A stretch of DNA of 63,414 nt, the filler included, from Octopus bimaculoides (lineage: Eukaryota), in NCBI RefSeq assembly GCF_001194135.2. It is 7 parts of 6 records of this genome, joined end to end, with 100 filler letters (N's around TTAATTAATTAA, not from the genome) between each part and the next. Parts side by side here need not be neighbours in the genome. Positions count along the whole stretch, not along the records: positions 51,070 to 57,349 come from NC_068989.1; positions 57,450 to 61,585 come from NC_068995.1; positions 61,686 to 63,414 come from NC_068988.1; 4 more parts are not named here. One strand, written 5' to 3'. Under the pieces are notes generated by a model. That model did no database searches, had not been told where the DNA came from, and saw only the letters and a program-made list of their open reading frames with translations. Numbering within the stretch: position 1 is the stretch's first letter; every line of letters starts with the position of its first letter. Shown piece after piece: positions 55,434-63,414 of this stretch. The translations under genes and the position numbers were made by a program.

Positions 55434-56439
55434 GGAGAAGGGGAAAGTTGTTGCCGTGTGCTGGTAAGTGATTTTAATAGGGTGACCCTCTTTACCATAA
55501 TTCAATAGCTAAGGCGCTTTAGTTTAGCGGTAATGAGTAGTTGTTTAGCTTCCCTCTCATTATCTCTTATCTTAAGCACCACTCTCTCAGCCCCCCTCCC
55601 TTAACCCTACATCTCACTCACTTTACCCACATACACAAACACACACTCACATACATACACAAACACACGCATACACACATATATAATATATTTCTCATTC
55701 ACTCCGATTATCTTATTCTCTTCCTATCCATGCCAATTAACTTTTCTTATTCCTTTCCCATTTCCGCCATTAAATACCTGAAAAATCGCCCTCTATCGAA
55801 GAGCCATAGTACCAAGTCATACTTTCATTACGCGTAGTAATCAGTTGAATTTATTAAAACGAAACATTACGGACTATCCTTTCTTCATAGAAATTATAAA
55901 CCTTAACATATTGCTTATAACTGTGTTTTTTTTAAATACGTTTCCTTCAATCTTTCGCCATGATTTAATAGTCATTAATCTGCCTAGAGCTTGTTACGTA
56001 ACTGTATCTGGAATTACTGAATCGTAATAGAAGCTATGAGTTTTCCATCAATCAACCAAGCAATACGTTTCATATATTTTTGTATACAGAATACAATATA
56101 ATTTGTATCCCGTATCACTGCTTCATAATAAAGACATGCTCACTATCAATAAAAAGAGTAATATACATTTTTTTAATATTGTATCAGGTATCTCCGAATT
56201 GCAATAAAAACGATAAGTTCACCAATGAATAAACCAATATTCGTTTTATATACATTTTATTTTATAATAGTATCCTGTCTCATAAATAAAGACGGTATAT
56301 TTTTAGACAAATAGCAATTCATCAATTATTTACTTGTCCACGATAGCCTTAACCCAATTAGAGATTTGTGTTTGTTATGCATTTTCAGGATCAACGAAAA
56401 GTAAAATAACACAAGAAACGTTGCTAATTTCTGGCAGAG

Positions 56440-56580
56440 TGAATTGCGTCACGGTGCTGTTTTTCTCACAGACGGTGCCCAGCTGACTCTACTATACCGT
56501 GTAGTCGATAAAATCAAAATCAAATAATGTGCATGCGCGAAATTAAAGATATAAAATGGCAACAATTTACCCATCACACC

Positions 56581-56584
<4 letters not shown>
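56440..56584 (-). mobile_element. Tc1/mariner-type terminal fragment
   Basis: Minus strand begins TA|CAGGGTGTGATGGGTAAATTG inside a (TA)n tract. Similar CAGGGTG/CGGGGTGTCCC ends occur at about 18217 and 61003. Confidence 0.5.
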
Positions 56585-56629
<45 letters not shown>

Positions 56630-56634
56630 TATAC

Positions 56635-56674
<40 letters not shown>

Positions 56675-57024
56675 CAAAGAATATATATACATGTATACAC
56701 ACATATATGTACATACTTACATCTACATGTGTATATATATGCATATCAGGGTACAGGACGTTAGAACAATGAACTACAGACATCGGAACGAACACATAGG
56801 AAAACGGAAAGCCACTTCTCATTTGGAGTTGGTACCAACAGCCATCAAGTTATAGGTCTATCTCCTAATTTCACTAAATCAAGAATATTTTGTATGTTAT
56901 TTAATAGATCTCTATTCGTCTTTGTTCTTCAAATGCATGCTTCTAGCCTGTTGCTTTTCGCAACGACGACGCTATTGTTCATCACTGACAATACAAACTA
57001 AACGATATAAAAAAAAAAATGAAT

Positions 57025-57059
<35 letters not shown>

Positions 57060-57490
57060 TTAATATTTCTAAGTCTCTCTAAAGGAGACTACGGCAGCGG
57101 TACTGGAAATTAATAGTTATCGCCAAGCCAACATGGCAGTCCCAAAATTAGGACGAAAGCTGCCGTGAATTAGCTCCAAGAAGCCATCGCCTCTAGCTAG
57201 CTATGTGACACACGAAACCTGTGTCCTTTATAACCTTCGAACAGGGGAGGTCAGCAGTGTCCCCCTGCTGGTTTGGCATCTGCAGACTAGACTAGTTTCA
57301 GGGTGTTGCCCCTTGTCAATGCAGAGTAGCCAAGCCTTAGCCAGGCGGCNNNNNNNNNNNNNNNNNNNNNNNNNNNNNNNNNNNNNNNNNNNNTTAATTA
57401 ATTAANNNNNNNNNNNNNNNNNNNNNNNNNNNNNNNNNNNNNNNNNNNNGAGTGTCAACACACACACACAATGTTTTAATGATTAGATTG

Positions 57491-57745
57491 GTGGAGGCGC
57501 GTAGCTTGGTGGTTAGGGTGTGAGCATCATGATCGTAAGATTGTGGTTTCGATTCCTGGACCGGGCAACGCGTTGTGTTCTTGAGCAAAACACTTCATTT
57601 TACGTTGCTCCAGTCCACTCAGCTGGCAAAAATGAATAACACTGCGATGGATTGGCGTCCTGTCCAGCTAGGGAACGCATACGCCACTGAAATCGGGAAA
57701 CCGGGCCCATGAGCCTGGCTAGGCTTTAAAAGGGCGCATTTATTT
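57491..57745 (+). mobile_element. tRNA-derived SINE (family C) with CORE-like and V-domain-like central segments
   Basis: A and B boxes, then TTGTGTTCTTGAGCAAAACACTT and CGATGGATTGGCGTCCTGTCCAG. Heads of the same family are at 25108-25155 and 39055-39170. Domain names are assigned by resemblance only. Confidence 0.75.
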
Positions 57746-58454
57746 TATTATTTTTAATGATTAGATTGAGCCTTATTACCTCCATTCAGGTATCGATAAG
57801 GTAACAGGTTATTTGTTTCAAAAAAGTATCTTGTGCTTACAACTGTACTCGTAGTCGTCTCTGGCCTATAGGATGTGCACCAGCAGACGTTTCTACTGAA
57901 GAAAAAGACGTTAGGCGTTCTAAATATTTTACACGTCTTCAGTACAAAGAAAAGTGGCTTTTCTCTACTGCCACTCTGAAACAAGAACTTAATTCTTGTC
58001 GTTGTTTAGCATAAGTGAGCTATGCCTGATGATCAAAGATGTTCCAACCATAACTGTCATGTTTTTTTTTCCTTTCTGTAGAACATTCCATATTTAGGAT
58101 TACACTATAATGTAATGTAACCCACTTTCATTTTCAAGACGGGAGTGGGTTATTTCTTGCAAGTCGAGGAGGAGATCACTTAGAAAATTTGTTTGAAAAT
58201 TTGAGACATCCGGCCTTTGATCCATACTTCATAAAATTTCTTTCAGGTCAAGAACTGTCACTCCGCCCTAATCTCTTACACTGTCAAGAGACAACGGAAG
58301 AAAAAGAGGAACTTCTATTCGCCTATTCGACTTAAATTTCACTTAATTTATAAATAGTAGCAAAGCGGCAGGTGCAGCAGCAGGAGCAGCGGTAGCTGTA
58401 GCGGCAGTGATAGTAGTAGTAGTAGTTCTTTAGCCCTTGTTCAAGTCTGCTTGT

Positions 58455-58841
58455 GGAGGTGCAATGGCCCAGTGGTTAGGGCAGCAGACTCGCGGTCATA
58501 GAATCGCGGTTTCGATTCCCAGACCTGGCGTTGTGAGTGTTTATTGAGCGAAAACACCTAAAGCTCCACGAGGCTCCGGCAGGGGATGGTGGCGAACCCT
58601 GCTGTACTCTTCCACCACAACTTTCTCTCACTCTTACTTCCTGTTTCCGTTGTGCCTGTAATTCAAAGGGTCAGCCTTGTCACACTGTGTCACGCTGAAT
58701 ATCCCTGAGAACTACGTTAAGGGTACAGGTGTCTGTGGAGTACTCAGCCACTTGCACGTTAATTTCACGAGCAGGCTGTTCCGTTGATCGGATCAACTGG
58801 AACCCTCGTCGACGAAAGCGACGGAGTGCCAACAACAACAA
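58455..58841 (+). mobile_element. Full-length tRNA-derived SINE (family B)
   Basis: A box TGGCCCAGTGGTTAGG, B box GGTTTCGATTCCC, (CAA)n tail and a 12-bp TSD CAAGTCTGCTTG (58442-58453 and 58839-58850). Confidence 0.9.
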
Positions 58842-59259
58842 GTCTGCTTGAACAAATTTATGATCACAGGCTTCCAGTTGCGACCATCACGTGCTTTTGT
58901 AAATCTAGACTTCATTGTGACGTGTTTGATTTTTTTTTTAACGTAAGGTGTGATTTGAGGGAGATTTGACCGCTATTTCTAACAAGCCGAAAGTGATCGT
59001 GAAAGCTCTTTCGTTGGCTTGTGACGGTTTTTCTTACTGGAGCTGTCATTGTTGTTTAGTCCCAGATCCCCTATGGCTGAGCAGATTTATGTTCCCTGTG
59101 GACGAACAGCATTCAAGCCTGATACCCTTCTCTGTTTTTGGAGACAATTATTTGAAGGTATGATTATAGGGAGAAGTTTTGGGTGTTATTTTTAACAGAT
59201 CAGCCGACTACTTTGTAACCTTTGAGATTTAAACCACTATTATCATAGACATTATTAAA

Positions 59260-59470
59260 ACGGCGAGCTGATAGAATCTTTAGCGCATCGGACAAAATGC
59301 GTAGTGGCATTTCGTCCGTCTTTGAGTTCTGAGTTCAAATTCCGCCTAAGTCCACTTTGACTTTCATCCTTTCAGTAGGGTTGAAATAAGTACCAGTTGA
59401 ACACATCATTCGATGTAATCAACTAGCCACCACCCCATCCAAAATTTCAAGCCTTCTACCTATAGTAGAA
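59260..59470 (+). mobile_element. SINE family A copy
   Basis: Same head and body. Further copies lie at about 31057-31275, 39826-39960 and 48022-48135. Confidence 0.8.
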
Positions 59471-59771
59471 AAGATTATTATAAACATTCGTAGAAAATAG
59501 ACTTTCCTCAACAGATAATGAAGCCGCATTCCTTTGTGCCATGATGACTCATTTGTAGCTAATCCATAACACTACATCGTTCGTTTTGAATATAAAAGAT
59601 AAAATACAAAAATATTATTCGATTTTTGCTCGTAGTAAATGTCGTGTTGTAGTACTTATTAGAACCATTGATTAATGATAACGTATTCGCGAATATTTAA
59701 TATTTTGTTAAACATTTTAAAAGTAAAAGACTCTTCGCTTCCTTTTCAAAATTATAAGGAAACTCTGATTC

Positions 59772-60058
59772 GCGACTCAATTTGAGCAACGATTTAATTT
59801 TAACTGCGACTCAGCTTGGCCAACGATTTAATTTGAACCAGTTTGAGCTCCGACTTAATCTGAAACGTAATTCAATTTGGATTACTGTTCAGTCGGAACC
59901 ACGATTCAATTTGAACAGCGACTTAGTTTTGACCTCAACGCAATCTAATCCACAAATAAATCTTGAAACGCAATTCAATTTGAGCTACAATTAAATTTGA
60001 AACTATAACTGAATTTTGGTTATGATTCAATCTAGGCAATGACTCACTTTGAACCACT
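59772..60058. repeat. Degenerate 17-bp tandem repeat, about 16-17 copies
   Basis: Approximate consensus CGATTCAATTTGAACCA. Confidence 0.75.
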
Positions 60059-60355
60059 ACACATTGATTGTAAAAGGCTGAATCAGCAGAATGATTCCGT
60101 CAAACCGTGTTGATATGTATATATTTAGTTAGTAGTTAAACAGCAGATGTGATGTTAAACTGTGAACAATCGGTGAAGAATCCAGGTTCAGAAGTCTAAA
60201 ATTCAACAAAACGTACTTCGATGTGTTCTGAATTCCTCACATTGTTTCAGCTGTGTAAACAGATCGAAGGAATTAGATATTATATGTAACGTTTACTTTT
60301 GATGCATCTGTTTACATGCCTCTGTATCCATTTATTTTTATATTTATCTAGCTAC

Positions 60356-60405
<50 letters not shown>

Positions 60406-60576
60406 GTACCTACCTACCTACATGCATACTTACATACATACATACATACGTACATACCTAACGTAGGACTAACTAGCTAATTAACTAATTTTCTGCTATT
60501 TTGTTATTAACCATTGTGTGTGTGTGTATGTATACATGCATACATCATATATAGACACACATACACACACACACAC

Positions 60577-60666
<90 letters not shown>

Positions 60667-61808
60667 GTATATATTATGTAGCATAATTTATAAATATATA
60701 TATATTTCGCTTAGGGATTGCGCTGCCAATAACCTTGTGTTAGAACTCAATAAACAGGCGCAGATACGGCTGTGTGGTAAGAAGCTTACTTCTCAACCAC
60801 ATGCTTTCGAGTTCAGCGAGGTATCTGAGCAAGTGTCTTCTACTACAGCTTCTGGCCGATCAAAACCCTGTGAGGGGATTTGGTTGACGGAAACTGAAAG
60901 AAGCCCGTTGTATATGTGTGTGTGTGTGTGTGTTTTGTGTTTTGCGTATATATATATATATCAATATCTATGTATATATCTATGTGAAAGAAGCTCATCG
61001 TATACGGGGTGTCCCGAATGTCACTGGTGGGGTTTCAATTTTTAATAACCTCCTTTACTTTACAAATAAATGCATGAAATTTTCAGACAGTATAAAGGAC
61101 ATAATGGAAATTAATATGCACAAGTCAACTTTTGCAACATCACTACGTCACAAATGAAAAAAAAAAAAGGAGTAGGTATAAACACCTGAACAAATAAATA
61201 TATAAAAACAAAATAAAAGAACATGTATTAACAGAGGATACAGATAATAGAAACACTCCCCATACACACACATGCACTTACATAACATAGACAAACATAG
61301 ACACACATAGAGGGATACGCATGCGCAAATGTAGACACATACAATAGGAATACAAAATACAAAATGGCTGATCGTTAGCAAGGAGGGACACACATATAAG
61401 AAAGAAGAAAGCAAAGGACCACTGATGAGGTCACAGAAGCGTGACGAAAGAACTCTTGCCGAAATATGATTAATGTAAGGTAATGTAATATAAAGCTGAA
61501 GCAAATTAACACCAAATATACAGTGCGTGTTTTTATTGGCTAAACTGGCAACATGACCATCCCCAAATACAACAATATATATATANNNNNNNNNNNNNNN
61601 NNNNNNNNNNNNNNNNNNNNNNNNNNNNNTTAATTAATTAANNNNNNNNNNNNNNNNNNNNNNNNNNNNNNNNNNNNNNNNNNNNTAGGTGGTGCTATTA
61701 AGTTAGACATGGTCTGGACCAATCTTTGGTTGAAACATATCTAAGTTTTATCTATGTTTTCTAAGTTTATATATATATATATATATATATTTCGAGTGAA
61801 AACACACT

Positions 61809-61840
<32 letters not shown>

Positions 61841-62079
61841 GGGTATTCAAAAAGTCTCTCTACAGTGAATTTTTTCATCCTGCATATCACCCTGTTTCTT
61901 TGCCTCTGTCTGTCTGTGTCTCTCTCTCACTCGCTTCAGAGGAGAGCGGTTTATTTCAAATTGATGTAATGCTTGCATTGATCGATTAAATGGAGCCGCT
62001 TCGAGCGGCCCATCTTTGTTACTTATTTGGTCTTTATTCACATAACTTCGAGCTGTGTGGACCATACTGTGCTACACTT

Positions 62080-62297
62080 GGAACTGTGCCATAGGGCTCT
62101 CCAGATGTGCCACCCTCAGAACTGTGCCATGGGGCTCCCCAGAAGTGCCACCCTCGGAACTGTGCCATTGGGATCCGTAGATGTGCCACCCTCGGAACTG
62201 TGCCATGGGGCTCCGCAGAAGTGCCACCCAGGAAGTACCACCCTTGGAACTGTGCCATGGGGCTCCCCAGATGTGCCGCCCTCGGAACTGTGCCATG
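62080..62297. repeat. 38-bp GC-rich minisatellite, about 5.5 copies
   Basis: Unit GGAACTGTGCCATGGGGCTCCCCAGATGTGCCACCCTC. Confidence 0.9.
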
Positions 62298-62305
62298 GTA
62301 GGAAG

Positions 62306-62336
<31 letters not shown>

Positions 62337-62359
62337 CTAGTGAAAACACACACACATAG

Positions 62360-62930
62360 GGTATTCAAACCATTCGTACACCACCATACACAGAATACAA
62401 TTTTTGCAGGTGTGTAGTCCTGACTTAGGGAAGGATTCTCCTTTTTCATTGCCGTTTTCATTGGATGTGATTATAAAGATCTGATGGGAATTCTACCCAA
62501 GAAAACTTCAATAGCAAGTGTTCTTTCAATTAAGCTGAGAAGCAGTCAGAAGTTGAAGGACCCACTAACCAAGTTTAAACACTTTCCTAGATCATGACGG
62601 TATTTTCTGACCAAAAGTGTGACTTGAATTTAACTGTTTTGCTAATTCCCATGCAGTTTGCTTTGGATTTTCTTGTGCTATAGTTTTTAGAAGCTCAATA
62701 TTGATTGAACTTGGTCGCCCAGATGCAGGGAAATTTGCAAGAGCAAAATTTCCTGAGCAAAACCAACTAAGCTATTGTGGCATGTTTGGATATTTAAGTT
62801 TTCTTTCCATGAACAGAACGAATATTTCATGCTGCAGTGCCTGATATGGCTTTGATCAAACTCATTTTCAAATGGTAAAATCAATATGAATTTAACCTCA
62901 TTGATATAAAGTAATCTGCAAAGAAGAAAA
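62360..62930 (-). mobile_element. mariner transposase relic (N-terminal half)
   Basis: Across frames: HIRHC, SGRPSSINIELLKTIAQENPKQTAWELAKQL, GKVFKLG*WV (WVPHEL-like), ITSNE and KIVFCVWW. Confidence 0.8.
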
Positions 62931-63002
62931 AGCATTAGCATGTAAAAATTAATGCTTATTTTACCATTTGTATATATGTATGTATGTATGTATGCATGGA
63001 TG

Positions 63003-63152
63003 TACAATGGCCCAGTGGTTAGGGCAGCGGACTCACGGTCGTAGGATAACGGTTTCGATTCCCAGACCGCGCGTTGTGAGTGTTTATTGAGCGAAAACAC
63101 CTAAAGCTCCACTAGGCTCCGGCAGGGGATCGTGGTGAACTCTGCTGTACTC
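63003..63152 (+). mobile_element. 3'-truncated copy of SINE family B
   Basis: Near-identical to the head of 58455-58610. Confidence 0.85.
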
Positions 63153-63414
63153 TTTTTTTTTATTTCTTATTATTTTATTTTTGTTTTTTTTTTGTTTTTT
63201 AAATTAAAAAAAAATAATTTTTTTTTTTATTTTAAAATCTATTTTTGTTTTCACTTCACTTTTCGATTTCACTTTCAATTTTGACTTCATTTTCACTTTC
63301 ACTTTATATTTTTATATTTTTTATTTCTTATTTAATTATTTAATTTTTTTTTAATTAAAAAAAATTTTTTTTGATTCTTGTTTCTATTTTATTTTTATTT
63401 TTTTAAATTTTATT

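Noticed and set aside
58455-58530. tRNA-like A/B boxes here and at 57491 and 63003
   Set aside because: They are SINE heads followed by SINE bodies, with no complete cloverleaf.
59772-62297. Short tandem arrays considered as CRISPR-like
   Set aside because: They are contiguous units with no unique spacers, in a eukaryotic context with no cas genes.
62027-62359. Overlapping repetitive ORFs (PPSELCHG.. and similar)
   Set aside because: They are produced by the 38-bp minisatellite, whose unit length is not divisible by three.
63155-63414. T/A-rich tail of the window
   Set aside because: Low-complexity sequence that looks like a poor-quality contig end.

Overview
Eukaryotic, repeat-saturated draft-assembly window. 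The repeat families, the microsatellite density and the N-run/TTAATTAATTAA joins suggest a coleoid cephalopod, probably Octopus (inference). Roughly 5-6 kb is N gaps. The clearest gene feature is one minus-strand exon (53246-53663) encoding the N-terminus, TM1 and EL1 of an SLC6 monoamine transporter of the dopamine-transporter type. I found none of its other exons in the 53 kb downstream. A probable first coding exon of a myophilin/Mp20/transgelin-like gene (35467-35517, minus) and two candidate exons of an unidentified gene (12735-12811 and 5317-5441, minus, in a CpG-poor domain) lie in that same downstream stretch. The rest is transposon-derived: a decayed Tx1/L1-clade LINE, several R4/Dong/NeSL-type endonuclease ends, RTE and Ingi/Vingi-like relics, a mariner relic, a hAT MITE with a perfect 8-bp TSD, a 590-bp foldback element, several SINE families, and mini/microsatellites. 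Nearly all ORFs in the supplied track are microsatellite or N-gap artefacts. I found no strong evidence for a wholly new biological system. The best leads are the orphan DAT exon with possibly nested same-strand genes, a Tx1 LINE-SINE shared 3' tail, microsatellite-associated LINE insertions, and a multi-hairpin element at 57.1 kb. All analysis was by eye, and element boundaries are approximate unless a TSD or splice site is quoted.
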